A stretch of 64,000 bases of DNA from the NCBI GenBank assembly GCA_963724295.1, contig CAVRUC010000013.1, positions 448,001-512,000 of the forward strand. The letters run 5' to 3'. Position numbers and translations under genes: made by a program. Under the pieces are notes generated by a model, which saw only the letters and a list, made by a program, of their open reading frames with translations, did no database searches and had not been told where the DNA came from. Position 1 is the stretch's first letter. Every line of letters begins with the position of its first letter. Of the stretch, positions 1-9,918 are shown in pieces. The DNA comes from an uncultured Chloroflexia bacterium. GTDB taxonomy: Bacteria; Chloroflexota; Chloroflexia; Thermomicrobiales; UBA6265.

Positions 1-123
1 GGAAGGAGGCATGCCGGCGGTCCTTGTCGTGGTCCGCTGCCCCGGTGAAGATGCCGGGCACGAGATTCGGGACGGACGAAAGGCGCGAGCCGCGGGCGAG
101 AACGGAAAGGACCAGGACACGCA

Positions 124-954
124 ATGGGGACCTCGGTCGACAAGACGCAAGAGTACCGGTACAACCGGCTGACCTGGGCCGAGATGAACGACGCCATCGC
201 CCGGCAGCCGGTGGTCATCCTGCCGACTGGCTCGACGGAGCAGCATGGCCGGCACTTGCCGATCGACGTCGATCTCCTCCTCTGCGAGTCGGTCTGCCTG
301 GAGGCGGGGCGGCGTGCCGCGGGCGGCATCCTGGTCCTGCCGCCAATCCCGTACGGGCTGAACCAGCACCACATCGACTTCCCCGGGACGATTCACATCG
401 AGCCGGAGGTCTTCATCGCCTTTTGCCTCAATGTGACCAAGAGTGTCGCCTACCACGGGTTCGAAAAGATCCTCATCGTCAACGGCCACGGCTCGAACGC
501 GCCGCTGATCGACATCATCGCCCGCCGCACCACACTCGAGACCGATTCGCTCTGCGCCGCCTGCCACTACATCAATCTCGCGGTCGAGAAGTTCCGCGAG
601 ATCATGGAGTCGAAGGTCATCGCCCACGCCGACGAGTTCGAGACCTCGCTCTATCTCCACCTCGCGCCGGAGCGGGTGCAGATGGAGCTTGCCGGCGCGG
701 GCGACGACGTGATGGGCGACTATGTCTCCTCCGATAGTACGACCCCCTATGTCCGCTTCAACGACTACTGGTCACGCTGGACCGATCTTGGCGTGCATGG
801 CGATGCCCGTCCGGCGACGGCCGAGAAGGGGGAGATCATCTTCGAAACGGCGGTCAGCCGTCTGGTGGAGCTGGCCGAGGAATGGCGGAACTGGCCGCTC
901 GCGGCGCGCCGCGACTTCCACGAGCGGCCGGCCCAGACGCACATCCGCTGGTAA
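124..954 (+). CDS. Creatininase / creatinine amidohydrolase family protein
   Basis: Family motifs LPTGSTEQHGRHLPIDVD, HHIDFPGT, VNGHGSN, HADEFETS and ATAEKGE. Confidence 0.9.
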   Translation: MGTSVDKTQEYRYNRLTWAEMNDAIARQPVVILPTGSTEQHGRHLPIDVDLLLCESVCLEAGRRAAGGILVLPPIPYGLNQHHIDFPGTIHIEPEVFIAFCLNVTKSVAYHGFEKILIVNGHGSNAPLIDIIARRTTLETDSLCAACHYINLAVEKFREIMESKVIAHADEFETSLYLHLAPERVQMELAGAGDDVMGDYVSSDSTTPYVRFNDYWSRWTDLGVHGDARPATAEKGEIIFETAVSRLVELAEEWRNWPLAARRDFHERPAQTHIRW

Positions 955-956
955 CC

Positions 957-1089
957 GAGGGTCACAGGGTGATAGGGTGATAGGGTGATAGGGGAGAGGT
1001 CACCTCGTTCTCCCTTTCACCCAGTCCCCAGTCACCTGGGGTCCCCTTCACCACGAGCGTAGCGAGTAATCACCCTATCACCCATCACC
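957..1089. repeat. 8-bp microsatellite (GGGTGATA)n with a complementary (TATCACCC)n tract, forming an inverted pair between convergent genes
   Basis: agggtgatagggtgatagggtgatagggg at about 966-994 and atcaccctatcacccatcacc at about 1069-1089. Confidence 0.7.
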
Positions 1090-1930
1090 GCGCCTCGTGC
1101 TTCCCGCCGCGCTCGGCGAGATCGAGCTCCTGGGTGGGATCCTGACTGAGGTCGGCCTGGAGGAACGCGGCCGTCTCCGGCATCGCGATGCGGACGTCGG
1201 CCAGATCCTGCATCTGCGCCCGCAGGCTCTCTCCCCGGCAGTCCAGGACGTGCCCGCCGCTGGTGCGATCGTCGGTCACGAAGTGGAAGTGCCACCCGGC
1301 AACATTGATGGTTCGCGCATAGAGCGGCGTCCAGAACCCGACGGCGGTGCCGCTAACATCGGTGAGCGCGAACTCCGGCTGATGGGCGGTCGCATCGACG
1401 AGCGACACGCCGCTCGCCGTCTTGCAGAGGGCGCGAGTCCTGATCTGCGCGAAGTGCCCGTCGATGCGCACGGCGAAAAACAGGTTCCCGGTATCCCGCC
1501 TGCGGTCGAGCTGGGCGCTCAGGTCGTCGAACGAATCGACGCGGTCGATGGTGAACTCGCGCTCCGCGCGGAATTCCGTGACCACGGCGAACGGCACCCT
1601 GGCGTCATCGCCGGCATCGCGCACGCTTCCGTCGCCGAGCACCTGATAGAAGTGGCGATCGAGCGCCAGCATCTCTCCGTCGAGCCCGTCGAATGTGCCA
1701 AGCCCGAAGCCGCCGTGCTGCTTCAGCTCGCCAATCGTGACCACACCTCCGTAGACGCCTTCCACCAGCGCGGTCGACGTGGAGACCTGAAACAACGTCG
1801 CATGGTCGATCTCCAGGGTGTCGGCCAGGGAGGACATCACGATGTGCGCTACCGGCTCACCGGTTTGACGGCTGCGCGCCTGCAAGGCCTGCATCAATGT
1901 CTCGGAGATGTCACAGGTGAGTCTGGGCAC
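1085..1930 (-). CDS. budA: Alpha-acetolactate decarboxylase with an N-terminal ribbon-helix-helix-like extension
   Basis: Motifs LFQVST..AL..GVY, GFGLGTFDGLDGEM, GWHFHF and GGHVLD (Zn ligands). The first ~42 aa (MPRLTCDISETLMQALQARSRQTGEPVAHIVMSSL) look like an RHH domain. Confidence 0.88.
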   Translation of the reverse strand: MPRLTCDISETLMQALQARSRQTGEPVAHIVMSSLADTLEIDHATLFQVSTSTALVEGVYGGVVTIGELKQHGGFGLGTFDGLDGEMLALDRHFYQVLGDGSVRDAGDDARVPFAVVTEFRAEREFTIDRVDSFDDLSAQLDRRRDTGNLFFAVRIDGHFAQIRTRALCKTASGVSLVDATAHQPEFALTDVSGTAVGFWTPLYARTINVAGWHFHFVTDDRTSGGHVLDCRGESLRAQMQDLADVRIAMPETAAFLQADLSQDPTQELDLAERGGKHEAR

Positions 1931-2040
1931 AGTGGGTCAGCTCCTGTCATCCAAACCTGAACACGCCGTTCGCCGGCGAATACGGTAAACGAAACGTCAC
2001 CGGCCTCGGGACTGACAGGAGGGACTGGGGTACAACAGAA

Positions 2041-2092
2041 CGAGGAATCTCGACTATTCCGCACCATGGTGCGGCGTTGTCGAGATTCCTCG
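2041..2092. repeat. Palindromic REP-like element (GAGGAATCTC family)
   Basis: CGAGGAATCTCGAC / GTCGAGATTCCTCG inverted repeat enclosing the palindrome CCGCACCATGGTGCGG. Confidence 0.75.
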
Positions 2093-2126
2093 CCAGCGGA
2101 CGGAGTGAGCCGACCGCCGATCGGCG

Positions 2127-2945
2127 CTAGGGCGTCGGAGTGGCGCCGGTCTCCTCAGGAGTCGCCATCGCCTCTGGCGTCGCCATCGTCATGGGCGTCG
2201 CCATTATGGGCGTGGCCATGGTCATCGGCGTGGCCATCGGGGTCGCGGCCTGCATCGCCGCCATGTCAATCGTCGGCTCGGCAACGACACCGCAGGCATA
2301 ACGCGGGCCGCTGTTGCCGTCCGGCTGGGTCGTCAGGTCGTCAGTACCTTCGTGGACGAGAATCGAGGTGCCGTCTTCGTCGAAGACCGAGTTGACACCG
2401 GCTTCAAATGTGAAGTCAGTCGTGGTGAACTCGACGTCGGCGAAACCGTCCGCCGAGGCCACGAGGTTGCCGAAGTCGCCGACGTGATGCTCGTCGGCAT
2501 CGGGGCCGCCGTGCGGCTGAACGGTCGGGTTCCAGTGCTCTCCCGCCGAGCTGAACGGCTCGGCGCCACCCGGCTCACAGACGCCGAACTCGTGGAGGTG
2601 CCAGCCGTGCTCGCCCGGGCTGAGTCCCTCTACGAGGAGGTGCACCGTCACTCCTTCGTCATTTTCGGTGAACGTCGCCAGACCGACGGCGTCACCGTTG
2701 GCGTCGATCAGCGGCACGTCGAGCGCCACCGCTGCCGGCGTCGCGATTGGAGTCGCTTGCTGGGCGGCCATCGGCGTGGCCGCCTGCGCGGCCGCCATCG
2801 GGGTTGCGATTTCCGGTGTGGCCATGGGCGTGCTGTCCTGGGCGCTCGCGTCGAGCGAAGCCGGTAGGGTCAGACCTGCCCAGAGGAGAGCGGCGACGGC
2901 GAATCGCCCGGCGATCGAGTAGGTGCGGGTCGAGTGCAACTTCAT
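2127..2945 (-). CDS. sodC: Secreted Cu/Zn superoxide dismutase family protein with ATPM repeats
   Basis: Metal-ligand and disulfide motifs HGWHLHEFGVC, AGEHWNP, PHG, HVGDFGNL, VHEGTDD and GNSGPRYACG. Signal peptide after the ATG at 2945; start shortened relative to the ORF track. Confidence 0.9.
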   Translation of the reverse strand: MKLHSTRTYSIAGRFAVAALLWAGLTLPASLDASAQDSTPMATPEIATPMAAAQAATPMAAQQATPIATPAAVALDVPLIDANGDAVGLATFTENDEGVTVHLLVEGLSPGEHGWHLHEFGVCEPGGAEPFSSAGEHWNPTVQPHGGPDADEHHVGDFGNLVASADGFADVEFTTTDFTFEAGVNSVFDEDGTSILVHEGTDDLTTQPDGNSGPRYACGVVAEPTIDMAAMQAATPMATPMTMATPIMATPMTMATPEAMATPEETGATPTP

Positions 2946-3257
2946 CAGAATCCCCTTCCAAGACGCGGCAATGCAACCGTTCGTTGATGATTCCCTGGCT
3001 CTTCGCGGTCGCGCTCCGGAACAGCGATGTCCATTTCCCGCCGGCGCGACGCAGGCGCGCAGCCGCATTTGCAAGAGCGGTGCCAAGTGGTCAAATGAGC
3101 TACGAGAAGCGAGCGACTGCTCTGAACGCGAGAGGAGGAGCGATCTGCACGGATACGCTAGCGGTGTAACGCTCCGCCGTGCCAGCGCAACCAAACCTCC
3201 GCGGGGATGAGATGATGGTCCGCGCGTGCCGTCCTACGCGCTCCGTGGAGATGACCT

Positions 3258-4314
3258 GTGAACGTGCCCTTGATCGCCGCCCTGCGGCCCGTCGTGCTCT
3301 TGCTGCTCCTCGCCGGCTTCCTCATTCCGCCTGGGTCATCGCTGGCGGCGGCGCAGGTGCCGGCAGCGACCTGGGCCGCCATCGACTCGCCGGGCCCGGC
3401 CGCGCGCTGGGACCACACCCTTTCCGCCGACCCGGCCACCGGGAGCCTGTTCCTCTTCGGCGGTCGCGATGCAGCGGGCGCGCCACTCGGCGACTCATGG
3501 CTCTATTCCGCCGCGAATGACTCCTGGACACCCCTGGAGGGACCTGCTCCGTCAGCCCGCTTCGGGCACGCCGTCGCGATCGACGCCGCGAATCGCGCGC
3601 TCTACCTCTTCGGCGGTCAGGCTGACGGCGACACCTTTTTCAATGACACGTGGCGATTCGATCTCGATGCTCGCTCCTGGTCGGAAGTTGCCACCGGCGA
3701 TCCGCGACCTTCGCCGCGCTACGGCACCTCGGCGGTGCTCGACGGCCAGGGCAACCTGCTCGTCTCACACGGGTTCACGTTCGAGGGTCGCTTCGACGAC
3801 ACCTGGTCGCTCGATCCAGAGAGCGGAATCTGGACGGACATTTCGCCCGCGCCCGAGACCCGACCGCTGAAGCGCTGTCTCCACGAAGCGGTCTGGGACG
3901 CCGACCAACAGCGGATGCTCCTCTACGGTGGCTGCTCCTCGGGGTTCGGTCCCTGTCCCCAGGGCGACTTGTGGGCGTTTGACCCCGCGACGCGAACCTG
4001 GACCGATCTCACGCCGCCGGCGAGCCCCGCCGCGCGCTCCAACCCGGCCCTGGTGCGCGACGAGGCCAGTGGCGCGATCCGACTGATCGACGGGCTCACC
4101 GACGCCGGGTACACCGCCGATCTGTGGGCGCTCGATCTTACCGGCGAGGCGCCTGCCTGGGTCGAGACCGCGCAGGGGAGTCTCGTGCCGGAGCCGCGTG
4201 CCAGTCACGACGCCGCGATCCTCGACGGCGATCTCTATCTCTTCGGCGGCAATGGCAATACCGGGGCCACTTGCCGACTTCTGGGTAGTCAACGCACTGG
4301 GGCAAGAGTCATGA
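3258..4314 (+). CDS. Secreted kelch-repeat (beta-propeller) protein; real stop restored by removing one G at 4263-4266
   Basis: Signal peptide and six PxxRxxH...LFGG...DxW repeats. The corrected C-terminus reads TGPLADFWVVNALGQES*, and its TGA overlaps the next ATG (ATGA at 4311-4314). Confidence 0.8.
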
Positions 4315-5949
4315 CACACTCCGCAGAGACACCGAATATCCCGTCCCGAAGACGCTGGTTAGCAATCGCCGCCACCGGGCTGCTCTCCGGGATCGTCGCC
4401 GCTCTGCTGATGATTCTGCTGATGGCCGGGGCACGCACCTGGCTCGGGATCTCACCACCGCCGGAGGCGCTGCCGGACCGTTTCGCCCCGACGATCCCCA
4501 TCCCGACCTTCTTTTCGCTTTTCGACCGCTTTGGCGGCTACAACGGCTTGAAGCGCTTCGGCATCAGCTCCGGCCTGGCGGGCCTCCTCAGCGTGGGCGC
4601 GGTGTTTGGCGTCATCTATGCCCTGATCGCCGAGAGCCGCCGCTCGCGAGAATCCGGTCGCTGGCAGGTGGGTCTCAGCCGGTTCGCCGTCGGTTTCATC
4701 ACCGTCGCCGCGCTGGTGCTGTGGGTCATCTCACTGGCGCTCCTCTGGCCAGTGCTGGATGCGAACTACCGCGGGGCGCCTCCGGGCCAGGCACGGCTGG
4801 CTAGTGCCGCCGCCCTGCTCATCGAGTATCTCGTTTTCGCCGCGGTAGTGATCTTCCTCTATCGCTGGCTCGCTCCTCGCGCCGTGGTCGATGCGCGGCC
4901 GGCGCCGGTGGGTGAGCCGGTGGCGCGGCGGGCTGTCGTCGCTGGAGCGGCCGGGCTGGCGCTGGCCGCGGGCTCCGGCGCGCTGATGCGCAATCTCAAC
5001 GAGCGCGCGACCTTCAGCTACGACGGTCTTGCCTACAGCGGTCCCGGGGTGGAGCCGATCGCTCCGAATGAGAAGTTCTACACGGTAACCAAGAACGTGG
5101 TCGATCCCAACGTCGACGTGGGGATCTGGCGGCTGGAGATTGGTGGGCTGGTCGAGGAGCCGAAGAGCTACACCTTCGAGGACCTGATGAGTCTGGCCAG
5201 CCTCGAGCAGGAGTCGACACTGATGTGCATCAGCAACCGTATCGGCGCGGGGCTGATGAGTAATGCCGTCTGGCAGGGCGTCCGCTTGGGTCATTTGCTG
5301 GAGGCGTCGCGTCCGTCTGACGGCGCGTTGGAAGTCTTCCTCAACGGAGCAGACGCCTACACCGACAGCTTCGCCTTCGACAAAGCGATGGACCCGACGA
5401 CCATCGTCGCCTTTGCCATGAACGGCCAGCCGTTGCCACAGCGCCACGGCTATCCAGCGCGCATCGTCGTACCGGGGCTCTACGGCGAAAAGAATGTCAA
5501 GTGGGTAACGCGCATCGAGGTTGTCGACTACGACGCCAAGGGGTTCTACGAGCAACAGGGATGGGGGCCGGACTTCGTCATTCCCACCCGTTCCGACATC
5601 TTCGGCCCGCGCTGGGTGCGTCGCCGTGACGATCGGTTCGTCGAGCCCTTCGCCGCCGGCCGTATGACCATCATTCGGGGTCGGGCCTTTGCCGGTGACC
5701 GCGGGATCCGCGGTGTCGAGTTCAGCGACGACGACGGCGAGACCTGGCGCCAAACGCGCGTCGACTATCCCGGCACCAACCTGACCTGGACCTTCTGGAG
5801 CGCCGACTGGCTGCCGGAGGAGCCGGGCGAGTACACCCTCGTCTCGCGGGCGACCGACGGCACTGGACACACCGCAGCCGAGCGAGTCACGCGGCATCGT
5901 GCCGCAGGGAGCCACCGGCTACCATCGCGTCGTGGCGACGGTTGTGTAG
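4311..5949 (+). CDS. Membrane-anchored molybdopterin-dependent oxidoreductase (sulfite oxidase/MsrP-like family); frameshift near 5866
   Basis: N-terminal TM helices and an internal RR motif (ARRAVVAG). Motifs TLMCISN (Mo-ligand Cys), MNGQPLPQRHGYPARIVVPGLYGEKNVKW and SRATDGTG. The corrected end GIVPQGATGYHRVVATVV* lies in the +1 frame. Confidence 0.85.
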
Positions 5950-6008
5950 GATGCTGTCGAAGGGTGCGAGCATAGTGAAGGCTACGGGACGCGGGGAGTT
6001 CGGACTCC

Positions 6009-6041
6009 TTCTCGACTTCTCGACTTCTCGACTTCTCGACT
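6009..6041. repeat. 8-bp tandem repeat (TTCTCGAC) x4 immediately before a start codon
   Basis: ttctcgacttctcgacttctcgacttctcgact read directly. Confidence 0.85.
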
Positions 6042-6042
6042 C

Positions 6043-7164
6043 ATGAAATCCGCGCTGGTCACCGGAGGCGCCGGACTCATCGGCTCGCACATCGTCGATG
6101 GCGCGCTGGCCGCCGGCTGGGATGTGCGCATCCTCGACAACCTGCAACGCCAGACCCACCGCGAGGGCAAACCGGACTGGGTGCCGCCCGAGGTCGACTT
6201 CATCAAGGGTGATGTTCGCAACCGCCGGACCTGGGAGCAGGCGCTGGACGGGATCGACGTCGTCTTCCACCAGGCGGCCTATGGCGGCTACATGCCGGAG
6301 ATCGCCAAGTTCATCGACAGCAATGGGGTTGGCACGGCATTGATGCTGGAGACGATCCGCGACAAGAACCTGCCCGTGCGCAAGGTCGTCGTCGCCTCGT
6401 CGCAGGCCGTCTACAACGAGGGAGCCTACCGTTGTCCGGAGCATGGACGGTTTTATGGGACGACCCGCCCGATCGCCCAGCTCGAGCGCGGCGATTGGGA
6501 TGTCCGCTGTCCGCTCTGTGGCGCTGCCGCCACAGCCGTCCCGACCGACGAGGCGGCGCCGACCGGCGGTGAGAATGTCTACGCCATCTCGAAGCTGGTC
6601 CAGGAGCGGCTGGTCATCAGTTGGGCACGAGCCACAGGCATCCCCGCCGTCGCGCTTCGCTACTCCTGCACCTACGGCCCGCGGCAATCGCTCTTCAACC
6701 CGTACACCGGGGTGATCGCCATCTTCTGCACTCGCCTCGCCAACGATCTACCGCCCGTCGTCTACGAAGATGGCCGGCAGTCACGCGATCTGATCTTTGT
6801 CGAGGATGTGGCGCGGGCGAACCTGCTCGTTGCCGACGATCCGCGCGCTGATGGGCAGGTCTTCAACGTCGGGACGGGACAGGCCGCGGCCATCGGCGAC
6901 CTGGCCAGGCTGCTCGCGGAGCGGCTGGGCAAGCCGATCGCGCCGCTGCTCCCCGGCGAGTTCCGACCGGGCGAGATGCGGGCCCTGATCTCCGACGCCT
7001 CCCGCATCGGGGCGCTGGGGTTCGCGCCGCGCACGAGCCTGGGAGAGGGGATCGACCGCTACCTCGATTGGGTGCGCACGCAGGGGTCGATCGGTGAGTA
7101 CTTCGCCGCGGCGGAGCGGATGCTCCGCCGCCGTCGCGTGGTGAAACCGTCGGCGGCGCGATGA
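6043..7164 (+). CDS. NAD-dependent epimerase/dehydratase (extended SDR)
   Basis: TGGAGLIG, ASS and YAISK catalytic motif, YGPRQ; Cys-x2-His / Cys-x2-Cys insert. Confidence 0.92.
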   Translation: MKSALVTGGAGLIGSHIVDGALAAGWDVRILDNLQRQTHREGKPDWVPPEVDFIKGDVRNRRTWEQALDGIDVVFHQAAYGGYMPEIAKFIDSNGVGTALMLETIRDKNLPVRKVVVASSQAVYNEGAYRCPEHGRFYGTTRPIAQLERGDWDVRCPLCGAAATAVPTDEAAPTGGENVYAISKLVQERLVISWARATGIPAVALRYSCTYGPRQSLFNPYTGVIAIFCTRLANDLPPVVYEDGRQSRDLIFVEDVARANLLVADDPRADGQVFNVGTGQAAAIGDLARLLAERLGKPIAPLLPGEFRPGEMRALISDASRIGALGFAPRTSLGEGIDRYLDWVRTQGSIGEYFAAAERMLRRRRVVKPSAAR

Positions 7165-7904
7165 GCCAGTCGGAGCGCTCGCTACCGACCATCGGGGTCG
7201 TCATCCCGGCCCTCAACGAGGAGGCCACCATCGCCGATCAGGTCACCGAAGTCCTCGCCGTAGCCGGGCGGCTCGATCTTCCGGCACGTATCGAGCGGGT
7301 CGTTGTCGTCGACAACGGTAGTACCGATCGGACTGCGCAGCGGGCAGCGGCCGCCGGAGCAACTGTGGTTTCCGAACCGCGCCGGGGGTATGGGCGCGCC
7401 TGCTTCACGGGCGTCCTGGCGGCCGGTGATGTCGATCTCATCGTCCAGATGGATGGGGACCGTAGCGATCGTTTCGACGAACTGCCGCTGTTGTTGCAGC
7501 CACTCCTCGCCGGTGAGGCAGATCTCGTCATCGGCTCGCGCACGCTCGGCTCCTATGAGCCGGGTTCACTCTTGCCGCAGCAGCGCTTCGGCAACTGGCT
7601 GGCGGCACAGCTTCTGCGGCTGCTCTACGGTGTGCGTGTCACCGACATCGGCCCGTTTCGGGTGATTCGCCGCCGCGATCTCCTCGCTCTGGGGATGCGG
7701 GAGATGACCTACGGCTGGTCGGTCGAGATGATCGCGCGGGCGGTGCGGAACGGCCTGCGGGTGCGGGAGGTGCCGGTGACCTACCGGCGACGAGCAGGCG
7801 GAGAATCAAAGGTCAGCGGGAACCTCATGGCCTCGGTACGAGCGGGCGCGCGGATCACCGCCACGATCTTACGCTGCCGTCGCGACAGGTCCGCTCCGGT
7901 GTGA
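7161..7904 (+). CDS. Glycosyltransferase family 2 (polyprenol-phosphate glycosyltransferase-like)
   Basis: VIPALNEE, VVDNGSTDRT, GYGRA, MDGD, VTDIGPFR and R..GESKVSG; ATGA overlap with the upstream gene. Confidence 0.92.
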   Translation: MSQSERSLPTIGVVIPALNEEATIADQVTEVLAVAGRLDLPARIERVVVVDNGSTDRTAQRAAAAGATVVSEPRRGYGRACFTGVLAAGDVDLIVQMDGDRSDRFDELPLLLQPLLAGEADLVIGSRTLGSYEPGSLLPQQRFGNWLAAQLLRLLYGVRVTDIGPFRVIRRRDLLALGMREMTYGWSVEMIARAVRNGLRVREVPVTYRRRAGGESKVSGNLMASVRAGARITATILRCRRDRSAPV

Positions 7905-7919
7905 GCGGCACGGTGCAGG

Positions 7920-8004
7920 TGTCATTCCGAGTTGCACGAGGAATCTCGTCGTTTGTCGCGGTGGTGCGCCGGAAACGAAATCCTTCGCTGGCGCTCAGGA
8001 TGAC
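7920..8004. repeat. REP-like palindromic element TGTCATTCCGAG..GAGGAATCTC...CTCAGGATGAC
   Basis: Same motif as at 16495 and 55965; ends are imperfectly complementary. Confidence 0.75.
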
Positions 8005-8024
8005 CCTGCTGGCGTGGTGGCCGC

Positions 8025-9866
8025 ATGACCGCGGAGAGCCAGACCGCGCCCCCGGTGTCGCGCACTCCCGGAGTCGGAACTCGACGCGTGGCAGTAACCG
8101 CCACCCAGATCGTTACCTGGATGCGGGCCAACTGGGCGCTGCTCGCCGTCTACGTTGCGTTCGCTCTCGCGGCGGTCGTGGTGCCGACGCTGGCGCCGGT
8201 AGCGACGACCGATGACTGGGCCTATGCGCGCTCGGCGCAGATCCTGCTCGACGAGGCGCGTCTGACGATCTTCCCCGTCGTGGCAGCCACCGCGGTGTTC
8301 CAGATCGTCTGGGGAGCGCTCTTCGGATTCATCTTCGAGCCAACGCTCGGCATCTTCCGGCTGTCGACAGTGGTCATCACGGCGCTGGGAGGGCTGGCGC
8401 TCTACGGACTGTGCCGGGACCTCGGCGTCGCCCAAGGGCGAGGCGCGCTCGGCGTGGCGACGTTCCTCTTCAATCCGCTCGTCTTCGTGCTCGCGTTCAC
8501 CTTCATGACCGACGCCCATTTCATGGCGCTCCTGGTCATCGCCACCTGGCTCTACGCGAAGGCGCTCGCGCCGGAAGAGGTCGACGGCCGGCTGCTCGTC
8601 GCCGGGTCGGGTGTGGCGGCGCTGGCTTTCCTCAGCCGGCAGCAAGGGATATTGATCGCTCCGGCGGTCTTGCTGTTTCTGCTGCTCTCGCGACGGTTGC
8701 GCCGCGACCGGACCAGCCTCCTGGTCCTGGTCCAGCTCTTTGCCCCGCCACTGCTGGCGGTGGGTGGCTACTACCTCTGGCTCCGCTACGGAAACGACGT
8801 GCCGCAGGTCCAATCGACGTTCTTTCGCGAGATCCTGGAGGAGGGCTGGAGCGGTACCTGGTGGCTGGTGCGGCGATTGACCGTCGTCGAGTTGATGTAC
8901 GTCGGCTTCTTCGCGCTGCCGCTCATTGCCGCCGCGTTGCCAGGGGTGCGCGGGCTCGTACGCGCGACCGCTACTCGTGGGTGGATCCTGTTTGCGGCGT
9001 GGCAAGCGATCCTTCTTGTCGGCGTCTCGGCATTCTGGGCACGCGGCGCGCTCATGCCCTACATCGGGCAGTTTTCCGGCTCGGGCGGGCTGGGAGCTCC
9101 GGATGTCCTCGGCTCACGTCCGATCCTGCTCGGTCCCGAGATTCGCTCGGTGCTGACCGTCGTCTGTCTCATCGCGTCGTTGTTGCTGGCATTGATCGCG
9201 GCGCGGGGGATGAATGCTCCGCCATCGCGCGACCGCTCGCGCGCCGGGCTCGTGCTCAGCATCGGCCTTTTGCAGGTGCTGGGAGTGATGCCCCCCTCGT
9301 ACCACTACATCGGCTGGGCCGCCGGATCGTTGGACCGCTACCTGCTCCCCCTCGTGCCGCTCACGATTGCGCTGGCGCTCTGGGCGCTGCGCGGCGTGCG
9401 GATCGCCCTCCCCTTGGGATGGATCGTCGTCGCGGCACTGGCGCTCTTCTCGATCGCCGGCACGCGCGACTATCTCGTCTTCATGCGTGCGGTGTGGGCC
9501 ATGGGTGAGGAGGCGACGGCGGCGGGAGTGCCGCTCGACCGGCTCGACGCCGGCTCCGGTTGGGACGGCTACCACCTCTACGAATACGGGCTGGAGCATC
9601 GTATTCGCTCGCGCACGCCGAAGGGCGGGCCGTGGTGGGTCTACTTTTATGCTCCCGCCACCGATTCGGCGTATGTCGTAGCCGGAAAACCACTTCCTGG
9701 CTACCACGTCATCAGGGAGCAACCCTATTCCTCCTGGTTGCAGCGGCAGCCAACGAACCTCTATCTCCTCCATCGCGCGGACGTGCCGTGGCCTCCTCTC
9801 CCCGCATCCAAGCAGATCGTGGCCCTCCCGGCTCCCGGCGGGCTGGCCACGGTGGTATCCCCTTAG
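8025..9866 (+). CDS. GT-C fold polytopic membrane glycosyltransferase (ArnT/PMT-like)
   Basis: More than 10 TM segments, DDWAY acidic motif in the first loop, FMTD, LSRQ and DRYLLP. Confidence 0.8.
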   Translation: MTAESQTAPPVSRTPGVGTRRVAVTATQIVTWMRANWALLAVYVAFALAAVVVPTLAPVATTDDWAYARSAQILLDEARLTIFPVVAATAVFQIVWGALFGFIFEPTLGIFRLSTVVITALGGLALYGLCRDLGVAQGRGALGVATFLFNPLVFVLAFTFMTDAHFMALLVIATWLYAKALAPEEVDGRLLVAGSGVAALAFLSRQQGILIAPAVLLFLLLSRRLRRDRTSLLVLVQLFAPPLLAVGGYYLWLRYGNDVPQVQSTFFREILEEGWSGTWWLVRRLTVVELMYVGFFALPLIAAALPGVRGLVRATATRGWILFAAWQAILLVGVSAFWARGALMPYIGQFSGSGGLGAPDVLGSRPILLGPEIRSVLTVVCLIASLLLALIAARGMNAPPSRDRSRAGLVLSIGLLQVLGVMPPSYHYIGWAAGSLDRYLLPLVPLTIALALWALRGVRIALPLGWIVVAALALFSIAGTRDYLVFMRAVWAMGEEATAAGVPLDRLDAGSGWDGYHLYEYGLEHRIRSRTPKGGPWWVYFYAPATDSAYVVAGKPLPGYHVIREQPYSSWLQRQPTNLYLLHRADVPWPPLPASKQIVALPAPGGLATVVSP

Positions 9867-9918
9867 CAATGACCACCTCCATCGCCAGCAGTTACACCAA
9901 CGGCCACGGCGCTCGCCG

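Noticed and set aside
124..954. Mycofactocin peptidase MftE
   Set aside because: Same family, but no mftA/B/C/D genes in the window; only the family-level call is supported
3258..5975. Novel 905-aa kelch-molybdoenzyme fusion protein
   Set aside because: One extra G explains it. Correction gives a proper kelch ending and an ATGA stop/start overlap
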